A DNA stretch of 63,912 nt, counting the filler, from Rhabdomonas costata (lineage: Eukaryota): the NCBI GenBank assembly GCA_019059605.1. It is 13 parts of 13 records of this genome, joined end to end, with 100 filler letters (N's around TTAATTAATTAA, not from the genome) between each part and the next. Parts side by side here need not be neighbours in the genome. Positions count along the whole stretch, not along the records: positions 34,486 to 39,287 come from JAHMHO010000149.1; positions 39,388 to 44,201 come from JAHMHO010000150.1; positions 44,302 to 49,288 come from JAHMHO010000151.1; positions 49,389 to 54,163 come from JAHMHO010000152.1; 9 more parts are not named here. One strand, 5' to 3'. Positions 37,401 to 49,899 of this stretch are shown here, piece by piece (position 1 is the first letter of the stretch; the number at the start of each line of letters is the position of its first letter). The notes beneath the pieces were generated by a model. It had not been told where the DNA came from, ran no database searches, and worked only from the letters and a program-made list of their open reading frames with translations. Made by a program: the position numbers and the translations under genes.

Positions 37401-39287
37401 GAAGAAAAGAGGGGAAAGGGAAGGAGGAAGAAGAGAGGAGAAAGGGGGAAGAGGAGAAAGAAGGGAGAAGAAAGGAAGGGGAAGACGAAAAGGAAAGGAA
37501 AAGGGGGGAAAAAAGAAAGAAAAAAGAAGAGAGAAGGGAAGAGGGAAGGGAGGAAAGAGAAAAGGAGGAGGAAGAAAAGGGAGAGAGAAAGAAAGGGGGG
37601 GAAAGGGAGAAAGGAAAGAAAGAAGGAGGAAAGGAAGGGGGGAAGAAAGGGGGAGGAGGAGGAAGGAAGAAAGGAAGGGGGGAAGGAGAGGAAAAGAAAG
37701 GGAAAAGAGAAAAAGGAAGAGGAGGGAAAAGGAAGAGAGAAGAAAGGAAGAAGGGGGGAAGGAAAGGAAGAGAAGGAAAGGAGGAGAAAGGAAGGGGGAA
37801 GGGGGAAGGGAGGAAAAGAAGAAGAAAGGAAGGAAGAAAGAAAAGAAAAAGGAGAAGGAAAGAGAGGGGAGAAGAAAAAGGAAAGAGGAAAAGAAAAGAA
37901 AGAAGAAAAGAAGAGAAGAGAAAGAGAGAGGGAAGGAGAAAGAAAAAAGGGGGGAAGAGGAAGAAAAGAGAAAGAAGAGGAGGGGAAAGAAAAAAAGGAA
38001 GAAGAAGGAAGGAGAGGAAGAGAGGAAAAAGAGGGAGGGAAAAGGAAGGAGGGGGAAGGAAAGGGAAGAAGGAGGGAGGAAAGAGGAGGGGGGGAAAAGA
38101 AGAGGAAGAAGAGAGGAAGAAAAGAGAGGGGAAAAGGGAAAAAAGAGAAGAGAGAAAAGGAAAAAAAGGGGAAGAAGAGAGAAAAAAGGAAGGGAAGAAA
38201 GGGAAAAGAAGAGGAAGAAAAGGAGAAGAAGAAAAAGAGGAAGGGGGGGAAAGAAGAGGGAGGGGAGGGCGAAAGGGAGAAAAGGAAGAGAGGAGAGAGA
38301 GGAGAAAGGAGAGGGAGAAGGGGAGAAGGGGAAGAAAGAAGGAAAAGGAGAGGGAAGGAGGAAAAAAGAAGTAGGAAGGAAGGAGGGAGAAAGAGAAGGG
38401 GGAGAAGAAGAAGAAATAGAAGAAAGGGGGAAAGGAGGAGGAAGGGAAGAGAGAAAAAGAGGAAGGGGGGAGAAGAAAAGAAGGGGGAGAGAAGAGAGAA
38501 GAAAGGGGAGAAGAGGGGGAGGAAAAGGGGGAGAAGAAAAAAAGGAGGAGAAAGGAAAGGGGAAAAGAAGAAAGAGAAGAGAGAGGGGGGAGGGAGGAGG
38601 CAAGAGAGGGGGGAAAGGAGGAGAGGAGGAAACCAGAGGGGGAAGGGGGAGGAAGAAAGAAGGGGAAAGAGGGGGAAGGGGGAGAAGGGGAAGAAAGAAG
38701 GGGAGGAGAAGGAGGAGGAGGAAAAGAGGAGGGGGAAGGAGAGAAAGAGGGGGGGGGAGGGAGGGGGGCAAGGAGGGAGAGAAGAGAAAGGGAGAAGAAA
38801 GGGAAAGAGAGGAAGGGGGGGGAAAGGAGGGAGAAAAAGAGAAAAAAAAAGAAAGAGAAAGGGGAGAGGGAAGAGGAGAAAAGGGAGAAGCAAAAGGCAA
38901 AAAAAAAAAAGAAAGGGAAAAAGAGGAAGGCGGGGAGAGAAAGGAGAGGGGAAGAAGATAAAAAGAAAGAAAAGTAGGGGGAAAGAGATGGAAAGGGAGG
39001 AGAGGGAGGAAAAGAAGAAAAAAAGGAGGGGAAAAGAGAAAGGGAGGAAGGGGAAGAAGAAAGGGAAAAGAAGGGAAAGGAAGAAGGAAAGGAGAGGGAA
39101 AAGAAGAAGGAAAAAAAAAAGAAGGAGAGAAGGAGGAGGGGGAAGAAGGAGAAGGGAGAAAAGAGGAAGAAAGAAAAAGAAGAAAAAGAGAAAGAAAAGA
39201 GGAAAGAAAAGAAGGGGGAGGAGAAGAAAAAGAAGAGAAGAGGGAGGAAGAAAAAGGGAGAGGGGAAAAAAAGAGAAAAAAAAAAGA
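34486..39287 (-). other. phiX174 spike-in genome (reverse complement, ~4.8 of 5.4 kb) mis-called as A/G only: sequencing artefact
   Basis: The first ~120 nt match the phiX174 gene H end and adjacent intergenic region as recalled. After that, C is replaced by A and T by G. Converting recalled phiX sequence this way reproduces the tract at both ends, and the residual C/T bases fall where phiX has them. Confidence 0.96.
34544..34620 (-). CDS. H: phiX174 DNA pilot protein H, C-terminal fragment (contaminant)
   Basis: NNFWKDGKADGIGSNLSRK* is the phiX174 H C-terminus. Confidence 0.95.
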
Positions 39288-39400
39288 NNNNNNNNNNNNN
39301 NNNNNNNNNNNNNNNNNNNNNNNNNNNNNNNTTAATTAATTAANNNNNNNNNNNNNNNNNNNNNNNNNNNNNNNNNNNNNNNNNNNNTTTTGGTGGGATT

Positions 39401-39439
39401 GTGTGCGTGTGTGTGCGTGTGTGTGTGTGTGTGTGTGTG
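39401..39439. repeat. (GT)n microsatellite
   Basis: Directly visible, with two GC interruptions. Confidence 0.95.
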
Positions 39440-42400
39440 GCAGTGGTGTTTTTTTTGTTATTGTTGTCATGAACTTTTTAATTGTTTTTTTCTAGTGTAG
39501 TGTGTTTGCGCGCTCATTGCAATCTTTGGCCTCTTGCTGTGGTTTTTTGTTAGTGCATGCGTTGGTTTCTTACCTTAATTTGTGTAAAAGGTGTCAATGT
39601 TGGATCATAAGTTGTTTAGCTGATGCTGGCTAGGTTTATGAATCCAGACTTTTGTTTGGTGGAGACAAAAACCACTACCCAAATGTTGGCATTTTTCCAA
39701 ATGATAAAGGTGATTCCATCACTACTATGCTTTTCTTTGTAAACCATCCTCCATGCTCCTACATCAGTTGCTATCATGTAAAGCCGTAGACCATATATCA
39801 AGCAACACAAAAACATTCAAATTTATATTTACGGTCTCTGAATCATTATGCGCAAATAAGGTAAAGTAACAAACCGGCGGTTGATTAGAACTCCAGCCAT
39901 GCATGTTTGAAGCAGTAAGGGTGCTGCTCGCCGAATGCGGCGCTCAGGGTCACGTATCAAAATGAAGGCAATGGCTTATAGCCCTATTGTTTACACCTAC
40001 TCAGGGGAGTGGCTTAACCACTCCACCAGGTTTTGCAGTCTTTTCGGGGTTATAACAGGGTCAGAGTCCTTGAAAATACCTCGCGATATCCTTTGCATAC
40101 CGTATTTTTTACTCACCCAAGGGCTTGCTCATCCATTTATGAGCCATTTTTGACCCAAAATCCAGTTATTTAATAAAAGAGGCCAACAAATGCCCTCACC
40201 ACAGCTTCAAAAACGGATCAAATCCTCACAAAAACGCTTTTTTTCTGGGGCAAAACACATATTTGTGTCGATTTCCGGAGATTCGATTTTTCACCCCAGA
40301 CACCCCATTTTGACCCTTACAGGGTACCACAGAGATAAGCCAAAATGGCCAAATTTTGGTCAAAACCTTTGCTCGAGCGTCAAAATAGTTGATTCCAACA
40401 GTGTTTGCTGTGTTCCCATAACACAAAAATGTGGTGCACGTTTTTCGACTCAAAGTCTACGTCGTTTTATGTTCCAAAAAGCGATTTTTTCATAGCGTTT
40501 TGGGCTGACCGAGCCAAAAAAGTTTCGCCTCTGCTATCACCTAGCCTTTTAGTAGTCAGTTCTGACCACCTCCATTGATAGCTTCCTGCAATTAACATGT
40601 GGTTATACAAAACTTCAACTACTTCGCGCAAAAAGATTACTTAAACACGGACACACAAGTAATGCCGCTGCGAGGCTAGTTCCGAAACAAAACAAATTCC
40701 ATTCTTCTCAACGTTGTGATGCAGGTGCTGTATTTCTTGCAAGAAAAATCATCAGCAGTTTTAGACTTTTACACTGCTCTGATTTCCAAATTCTTCCATA
40801 AGTGCAGCTCAAAAAGTTTGAAAATGGGCCTTGCAATGGAAAATTACACCAAAACCACCACACAAACTGATCAAAAATGCCTAAAACGCATTTTTCTGAA
40901 CCACAAACATCAGAAACAGATTTGTAGATTTTGGGGAACTTTTTTTTACCCTAAAGACAGCTTTTTTTTTGGTATGTATCTGTGGACATCGGTGGTCGTT
41001 TTTGTAGGGCTCAAAAACTTGTCATTTTGCTTCAAACGTGGTCTCTTTTTGCCTAAAATTTGTACTTTGAGCTTGCAAATTGGTGTTTTGTGTTATAGTA
41101 CAACAAAAATGTGGAATTATGTCACCTCTTTTGGTATACACTCGAAGTCTACTTTGTTTAATAGTCCAAAAACGTAATTGTTTTTAGCGTTTTTTCAGAA
41201 AAAATTCGGCAATGTCCGCGGTTCCAAAAAGTGAAAACTATGAGGTGATGGGTTCGAAAAACTTAAATTGTCGAGTTTTTACCACTTCATTTCTTTCTGA
41301 TAGCCCACACACAAAAAATGTGCTTGAATGCCACACGGAGGCTTTCAACGCCAACTGCGCAACGAGCGCAACAGTGATGTTCTCGTGAGGGCATGATATC
41401 ACAGAGGCAGTGCGGAGCCTGCTTTTCATCCAAAGCATTTCATGTAATTATCAATAATGGATGAATCAATTTAATCCATATTAGCTGGTTGTAATTACGC
41501 ATGGAGGGTAGTATGTCTAGCTTTTTGCATTTTTAAAGCCGCCTTACTTGAGTAAACTGCTACTGCATCACAGTACCACAGTACAAGCGCTATCCACGAA
41601 ATCTTGTGTCCTGTGTGTGGACATATTTTTCATGTGTGAAAAATGGGTCCTTCGAGCAAAGTGCAAAAATGGCTATTGCAGACTTATCGTTTTACAAGCT
41701 GCGAAAATTGGCGGCTGTATCAAATCTATCACGGGCGTTGAACTCAGAGGGCCTTCTCGGGAACGGCGCTTCCGCAATTTGGAAAAACGAAGCGCTATTA
41801 TGAAAAGCAGGGCGGAACAGTTTGCATAAAAACAATGATTCGCATTGATGTTTGGTGGGGCATGGGGCCACTGAGGCGGAGAAGGGAAGGGGGTCGAAAG
41901 CGGAAGGCGGGGCTGGAAAAGTCTGCTTCTGCGAAGGTGGGGTTGAAAGTTTGAACGAAGGACGTAAATGAAAATGGGCACCGGGCGAAAGTGCACCGCA
42001 GGATGATCTCTAGGAGCTCCTTGGAACACAAAAATTGGCGGGAACGAAACGGTGGAACACCCGGGCAAATAAGGCGGCAACCGCTTACCGCGTGGGAAGA
42101 GGGGTATCTAAATCGCAACGGGCCAGCCGCGGTGCGCCGGCATTGGCCACCCCGTTTTTTTTTTGACGGCGGCGGCGGGCTTATGCCGGCTCCAATCGCC
42201 CATGCGAATGCCATCATGCCTTTTTTTAACGGCCACAAAAAGGCCAAAGGGAAACATATCGGGCACTTTGTTTTTTTCATTAGGGATATGCTGTTGAATG
42301 TTCAGGTGGTGCGCTGCAAAAATAGCGATAGCCTGGTTAAAACAGAAAATGGCCGGGAAAGAGTTCAAAGGGACATCTGGCGGCACGGGCTTTGCGCAAT

Positions 42401-43676
42401 GAAAAAACGAAACCGCAATGTGCGAAAAAGGGGGAAATGACCGCAGCATTGGCATAAACGCAAACTGTTTCCCCGGAGGTTTGTGGGGTTTGGTGCGGGG
42501 TCATTGGTAAAAGAATTCGCGGAATATATACGGTATAGTACAAGTTTCGCCAGTTCGGACGACGGCGGGTGAACATCATCGCAGGGGGATGGGACGCCTC
42601 TATGACTGTGTTTAAGTTTTGAAACAGCAGCAAACCTGGAAGAGGCCAAGGGACGGACTTCATGTGAAGATTTTGACACAGATTCCCCATCTCAACAAGC
42701 ACAACAGGGGACCAAGATTCTCGAGCGAAAAGTACTCACGGCTAATTAAGCGTAGCACGGCTCACGCGACCAAGGTAGCCCGCATAGGAAATGCACAACG
42801 ACCAAAGAACTCCTGCATCTCACTTTCAGATTCGGCCACATTCAACCAGCATGGCATAGTCACACCGTCACGTCTGGGGAGGTACCTGCACCCACCCCCA
42901 CCCCAGACTTCAAAAAAAAGGACAGTCAAGCGATACTGCTGCACGTGATTTACTGCGCAGACCGCTTTGTTCTGAATGCTTCCAAAGCCTACGAAGTCAA
43001 TGGCAAAAATCGCCCGCAATGATAGCCACCGAAGTGCCACGGAGTGATGGCTCAGCACTCTTTGTGAAGTCCCTTGTCTGGAGTCCGCGGTCTGCACTAT
43101 CATATGCTGAACTGAATCTGATGTTTAATGTTGCTGATGCAACTCTAACCACCTCTCACACCTGTCAGGCTTGAGGGGGGGGGGAGTGACGTGTCGCCTC
43201 CTCCGTGTGCGTGAGACACACACACAATTCTATGTAGAGACGAAAACACATTAAATTGTACTCAATGTTTGCTCGTGGAAAAAACTGCATACAAAGGGCG
43301 AATAAGTTTACCACACAAACACCGCCTCGCCCGGAACGGAGAAATACCCTCGGTTGCGTGGGAAGAGGTGGCAGCAGGGAAGCCCACGGGAGACCCCCCA
43401 CTGTCGGCCAGCTGCTGGAGCTCAGAGCTGGGGCTGTCGCTGAGCTACCATGGGGTGGAGGCAAGGGCAAGAGCGCACTTCCCGACAAGGCAGTTCTCGG
43501 CATCCCAACCGACAGGGGCACGACCTGAAGAGCACAAAAGGCACAAAGAATGAGGATAACCACAATCACTCACCTCACACGACCCGGTTGGTTGAGAGTG
43601 AAGCAGCCGCTTGCCCAAATGGAGATTTCGGATTCGTCAACGGGTGGTCAACGGCGCGGCGGAACGTGACCAAGGG

Positions 43677-43727
43677 ACTCCCAGATCGACGCTAAGAACT
43701 CCCAGATCGACGCCAATAACGCTAAGA
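43677..43727. repeat. Short tandem duplication
   Basis: ACTCCCAGATCGACGC twice, plus a repeated ACGCTAAGAA. Confidence 0.8.
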
Positions 43728-45238
43728 AGCACAGGCAGCATCTACGTCTGAGGATAAGGTGTAGGACCATCAGTGAGAGAGTGGGAACAATGATTTTTCA
43801 GGTGGAGGGGCGTCAAACATAAAGGTTTATTGCGGGCTCTTGTGGAGACTGGGACTGCTGTCGCTGGGTTTCAGCAGCTGAGTTGGGAGACATCCGTTTG
43901 GGTTGGGGGCAGGCGGCGCTTAGGCCAGAGGGTAGAGGTGAGACTTTACCGGGCGGATGCTACGTTTAGAAAAATTAGAAGCGACCAACCCGCAGACCAA
44001 ACCGAACCCTATATCACATACTTACACGTGCGAAAAGAGTCACCAGTACATCCAGTAATCCACACCGCAGGAGCCAGGGGAGTCCCAACTACACCCAAGT
44101 TGGCCGGTTTTGTGGGGCCAGCCCATGCCCCAAAGGCCGGTGCCCCAGCATAGCTCAGCGGGGAAAGCAGCATCCCCATGGACGCAACAGGCCACACCAA
44201 CNNNNNNNNNNNNNNNNNNNNNNNNNNNNNNNNNNNNNNNNNNNNTTAATTAATTAANNNNNNNNNNNNNNNNNNNNNNNNNNNNNNNNNNNNNNNNNNN
44301 NAACACTGTAAGATTGTATTGTGCTGGGACGTCCATCTTTTTCAATGTAAGGGAGAAAACTCGGCGGCAGCCTCTGCCGCCTTCTCCCTCGCATGCCCGA
44401 TGTCATGGCTTTTCAAGAGTTCTTGCTAGTGGGAGTGTGGCCATTAATGACCCTTTTCGGGTCCAAAATTGGAAGGATGTCATCGACTGGTAAACTTTAC
44501 CCCCACCCCCGTTTCTTCGAGAGCACCGAGATTCGGGATGCATTTTTAGGGCGCTAGTGTCCGCTGGGGGTTTTATTTTGAGGTCTGTGCGTTGTATCAC
44601 TCAGTGCAATCCTGATATAGGATGCAACGCACACCACGCACAGGCATTTTTTTGTCTCTCGGTCGGGCCCATGAACTTTTGCAGTGCTGATGCATGGGTT
44701 TCCCCCTGTGTCATCCTGTCCCATTCTGTCTTTCTTCTTCCTTCCTTCCTTCCTTCCTTCCGGTCCAGCCTGTTTTTTTTGGAGTTCGGGCTCGCTACAG
44801 CCCAGCGTTTTTTTCCTGCTTGCCCCGTCGCATATGCGTGTAAGATATCTTCAACCCATGACAACCGTGTGCAAGAGAACTGCTGCGGCAGCAATAGGTT
44901 TGCTTGCGTATGCCCCCCCCCCTTCCTTCTTTACCATGTGGTTCACTTAGTATGAGCGTGTCGTTCGGGCTAAAGGGCTTGCACTGTGTTGCTACGCCGT
45001 TCCTCTAAGGCGGAACGTTCGTCAGATTCTGCGGAAACCGGTGAGGTCGCCTCACCAGCCTGGTTGATTCTCCATTGTCGGTAGCTTGGATGCACTTCTG
45101 TTTTCCTCACGGTTATGGTTCTCCTGCAAAGCCGAAGCCGATGGCACGCGCCTACTCTTATAGCATCACCGGGGTTTTTTTTGTTCTTCACGTTTCTCGT
45201 CCTACTTCACTTACTTCACTTCGCGGGGTGTGGTCGCG

Positions 45239-48200
45239 ATGCCTCTCACAGGTTTGTTCGTGCTGGCTGTCGCCCTTCTTTGCCTCCTCTCCCGAGGCCA
45301 AGGCCACCAAGGCCAGAGGTCTCCACCAGTGGGTCCCCCAGAGAGTGACCTAGCCATCTTTGGCGCCGCTGTCCCCCTCCCTCCTGCAACAGTGGCCGTT
45401 TCCACGGGAGGCGCCTCGGCGGATCCGCTGAGCCCTCGTAGCCCGCTGAACCCCACGGCTGGAGCAGAGGCCTCGGGGGACGTGTGTGGGGACTCGCAAC
45501 ATAGAACGGCATGCTTTTCTTTTGCTGGTAATGACTCTGTGTCGGTGTGTTCAGCTTTAGGTTGCCACCGATGACCCCCATCGGGGCGCTTGGTCACTGC
45601 GCCCCCCGCCCTCTCGCTCTCCACCCTTAGCATGACAAGGGACTTGAGAAATAGCTTTCGCTTCACTCAGACTGCTTACACCCAAGGAAAGGAAAAATGT
45701 AAAACCGGAACCACAGCATCCCAAACCAAAGGAAGGATGCAGTGGGCTAATTAGTTCTGCATTGCATATTTGTTCAGGCGCGACCACATAGCGGTGCGAA
45801 AAACAGCGGTGAATCCGTGCTGTGAAAAATCCTAGGAATAGTTCTTTTGTGTACCACGGCTGCGGCTTTCGGAGCCATTTGGCTTGAAATTTTGAAAGGT
45901 TTTCGCCAAACCTTTATTACGAGATCGTGCCCATTCTCCGTTTGGACTTCCTGGTGGGCTCCGCTCTCTACCCGCTCGCTCCGCAGCTTTGGGTAGACGG
46001 CAACGAGGTTTTTGCGGTCGATACTGGGAATTCTGGTGAGTCTGCCTCACCAGCCCCGCACGTGGTGCTGCTGCTGCACGGGATGAGGTTCAGCCACAGC
46101 TCATGGTGCAACCCCCCCCGTCTTGGGGCTGCCCCATTTTGTGTGTGAAGGGTTGTAGGCGCTGCGTATCTCGTGTTTGCGCCTGCTTTGTTTTTGCAGC
46201 GTGCGCGCCGCACACCTTTCTTTTATGCGATAGGCTCCCTTCCCGCGAACGTGAACGCGCTTTGATATTTGGCGTTTTCCGTTTGGTTTACCTCCTGTTT
46301 GGAGCTTTTTTTTTCCAATTTCACACACATGCTCACATGCTGTGATTCAGCTCTCTAGTTTCGTTAAACATTCACTTCTTCCTATCGCGTCACATTGCCA
46401 CCCTCTCCGTTTCCGTCCTACCTATACTTTTCCCTTATCTCCCTTTATCTCCCTTCCACCACAAGCAGAATTGGCATGGAGTTTACATTCCTCTCTCCCT
46501 CCTCACTCAGCCCTTCACCACAGCTTCACTCGCCTCTTCCTTAAAGAAGATGAATCGCATTTTCTTGGTTGGGGCGGCTGCGTACTCTGTGTTGTTGCGG
46601 ACAGCCCCCCCAAAACACACCCACCAAGGTGCATGATTGGCACGGTGGGATTCCTGCACGCCAGTGGGTACCGGGTGATCGCTGTGGATATTCCGGGCTA
46701 TGGGCGCTCACCGGCGCCTCAGAGAGGGCTCTCCAAGCAGTTCTTCCTGAAGGTTTGCCTTTGACGCTCTTTGGATTGCCTTCCTTGCTTCCTTGCCTTG
46801 TGAGAACGTCAACGACCAGGCCGGAAAGTAGTCATATTATTTTACTTCTGTAGCAATTCTCGTTTCAGTGCGTTGTGCTGCACGTTGTTACATGTGGGCA
46901 ACGTATGGTGTACAAAACTGTGCCCTCGACCTTTGTGTGATGGGTGGCTTTCCCATGGTGGCGTTACCAGCTGCTGGGTATCATTTTTGCAATTTTCGGG
47001 ACGGGAGTTGAACCACTCGAAAAATTGAACTCCATGTCGTCTCACATGGCTGTGGTGGTGTGATGCATGCGCGCACACTGCGCACCAATCCAGGGCGCTT
47101 TACGCCTGCCTTTTCCCGATGCCCATGACTGCAGGAGTTGCTCGGCGCCCTGCAGCTCAGCCGGGTGGTGGTGGTGAGCCCCTCGTTTTCAGGCTCCTTC
47201 GTGTTTCCTGTGCTGCTTCGCAAGCCGGAGCTGTTCGGCGGTCTGTGCAGCGTGCGTTTTCTTGGGAGACCGTTGTATTTGTTGTTCAGGTGGCGGTTCA
47301 CTGATTTCGTGCATTCACTTTATGTAGGAAATGAGCCGATCCTCTGTGCCCCTTCCACTCATCCAATCTCAACTGTCAGACATGCTTTTTCCCTAAACCC
47401 ATCACCACGGTTTTAGTAATGATTACGCCTGGTGCCTAAAACCACGTTTCCACACCAGCTGAGGCCGCGAAACCACGGAAAAGGAACCTCTTCTATGCAA
47501 CCAAACCTGCACAACAACCGATGTGGCACCAACGTGGGGGCGGTTTTCGTTCCTAGGTCCACAGGCGAAATAGTGTAATCTGCGAACACAATGGCCACCC
47601 CTCTCATACTCTCCCAATCACTCGCGTGCTCCTGTCCTGACAGCTGGAGGGCAGTTCTCAGTGCCAGTCCTTTTGTGAACCACAAGGATCAGCAGGGTGC
47701 TAGTCAAGCAGCGCTTATCTTCTGGTGGCACTTGCGATTGCTCGCCCCTCGCCCAAGGCTTTCCTGTCGCGCACCTGTAGGGTTTGTCCCCATTGCTCCG
47801 ACGATGAGCCTTTCGGAGGCGGAAGTGGGCAGTCTCTCCACGCTGCCTGTGCGAACCTTGGTACTTTGGGGAGAGAAAGACAGCCCTGAGGCCCACCGTG
47901 TTGCGCAGCTGCTCAGCCAAATTCCTGGTATGTGGGTATGGGTATGGGTGTGCGTCATCCTGCCCGCCTGCATTTGAGTATATGTGCGCGTGTTTCCCCT
48001 TTGCCTGCCGGTGTGCCGTGGCCTCAGCCTATCGCCTGACGCAGCGTAAGAGTCCGCTGAGCAGACAGCGAGAGATTTCCATCTTTGTTGCTTTCTCTTC
48101 CTCAGGGTCATCGATTATTCCATCGATGCAGCCACGTCAAGTAGGAAGAATTTCTTTTTTGAGAATTCGTACACCATGCATACTTTTGATTCCTTGGGCT

Positions 48201-48399
48201 GCGATCAGTTTCTGGCTGGTTTGATGTTGTGATAAGGACCAGGACCTTCCTGTTCACGCATTGCTCGCACGGATACTCTGGGTTTGGCGCAGGAAGCACC
48301 CGCCACATGTTTCCCGGTGCGGGTCATGCGTGCTACCTGGATTCCCCGGAGAATTGGCATACGGTGCTCCTTCGATTTTTGAAGCAGCTGCGGGCATAG
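45239..48399 (+). CDS. ABHD14: ABHD14-like alpha/beta hydrolase with N-terminal signal/anchor, complete, 6 exons (45239-45481, 45987-46105, 46629-46752, 47135-47240, 47781-47927, 48293-48399)
   Basis: VVLLLHGMRFSHSSW, GYRVIAVDIPGYGRS, VVVSPSFSG (SxSxS nucleophile motif), GFVPIAP, TLVLWGEKD, FPGAGHACYLDSPENWH. All introns are GT-AG with matching phases, ending at a TAG stop. Confidence 0.92.
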
Positions 48400-48763
48400 T
48401 TTCGTTATAGCTTTCTTTTCGCGCGTTTGTGTGCTCAAGGCTTTGTGATTTAACAGGGTTTTGAGACATGGATTTTCAGGACCTTTTCGGGTTATTATGC
48501 GAGGCTCTGTATCGGGATATGTATGCTGCTGAAGGCTTCGAAAGCTGGATGCTTGGCAAAATTTTTCGCGGGAGTGGCGGCTCTTTCTCTCTCTCTCTCT
48601 TCTGGCCTCTGGCTTAGACAGGGGATCCAAGTCACCATTTCAATGCTGGGCCCCAATAGAAATAAGCAAACAATTTTCTCTTTGTGCTTTGGGTGCACTG
48701 TGTTCTGGAGTTTTTTTGTGGTGGTGGTGCTTGTTTGTGGTTGCAGGGAGAGGTTGAATGCAT

Positions 48764-48766
<3 letters not shown>

Positions 48767-48807
<41 letters not shown>
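48767..48807. repeat. (CA)n microsatellite
   Basis: Directly visible. Confidence 0.95.
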
Positions 48808-49592
48808 CGAGTACACGCGGCACTGCAGAAAAATAAGAAGCGCAATGTCTGAGCCCGCAGCCAAAAGCCAGGAGGAAGGGTGGGACGAGGAGAGGGGCGG
48901 AAAGGGGGAGGAGGGAGGAAGAGGAGGGAGAGCGACACATACACAGCCAAAAAGAAGTCCCGCTAGCGCGCTGACCCCATTCAAGGTTTAGGGATAGGGC
49001 AACCTGGTAGGGGGGCCGGGTCCTGTGGGAAAAACAAAATGAAAAAAAATAGAAAAGAAAGAAAAAGGCAAAAAGAAAAGAATGAAGAAACAAAGGAAGG
49101 AAGAGAGAACCTTGCGGGACGCCTCCATCACCGCGAGCGAGCCAAGGTGGCGTCGAGGCGGCGCAGCCGCGGCAACACGGCCCGCCCCAGTAAAGACAAA
49201 AAACCCGCGACTTCACTGAACACTTGCCCCACCAATTCTCGGGGCTGAGGGATGTGGCAGCAGCGAGGAAGGTGGAGGGGTATTCACCNNNNNNNNNNNN
49301 NNNNNNNNNNNNNNNNNNNNNNNNNNNNNNNNTTAATTAATTAANNNNNNNNNNNNNNNNNNNNNNNNNNNNNNNNNNNNNNNNNNNNTCCAATTTCACC
49401 TTTAATTCCCGATGGTTGGGATGTGGCCTTTACTTTGGCGCCGAAGCCACGCGCTCATTTTTGCTTTCAAGGATTCGGGTGCTTCCGCCTCAAGGTTGCC
49501 TTTGTCCGAAGCCCCTTCCCCTTCCACCTGAGAAGCAGGCATTCATGAAAAAGAAAAGCGCGCAGCATCCCCCCGGTGTGCGTGCAAGGGGG

Positions 49593-49623
49593 CCATAACG
49601 AGGAACGCCGTGACGAGTCATGG
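49593..49623 (+). other. Tandem-G.A hairpin with the same architecture as the 58067-58551 cluster
   Basis: CCATAAC-GA-G-GA-AC-GCC-GT-GA-C-GA-GTCATGG. Confidence 0.6.
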
Positions 49624-49899
49624 GATTGAAACCTTACGAGAAGAATGGCTGAATGAAGTGTGAAACGGGCCCCTTCTAACATCATTATTTCTTCACTCCT
49701 CCTTCTAATCTTCCCGTTGCCCCATTATACGGCTACGATCATTCAACCCACTAAGTTAGGAGGCTGGGACGGGCACATCGACGTTATAAGTTCCGGTTTC
49801 TTTCGCTTCTGCGTCGCTCCTCCATCTGTTTATGGTTTGCTTCAACACTTGGGTGCTCCGGCTCGCTCGACGCCATGGTGAACTTCGCCACGATCGGGT

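Noticed and set aside
34544-39335. Giant ORFs of 1390-1449 aa, or an H-DNA/triplex-forming polypurine tract
   Set aside because: By-products of two-letter phiX174 sequence. Stop codons cannot form without T on + or A on -.
48106-48140. Extra ABHD14 exon (CAG|GGTCATCG...CAA|GTAGG)
   Set aside because: It would break the phase with the last exon. Direct 47927->48293 splicing gives the conserved sequence.
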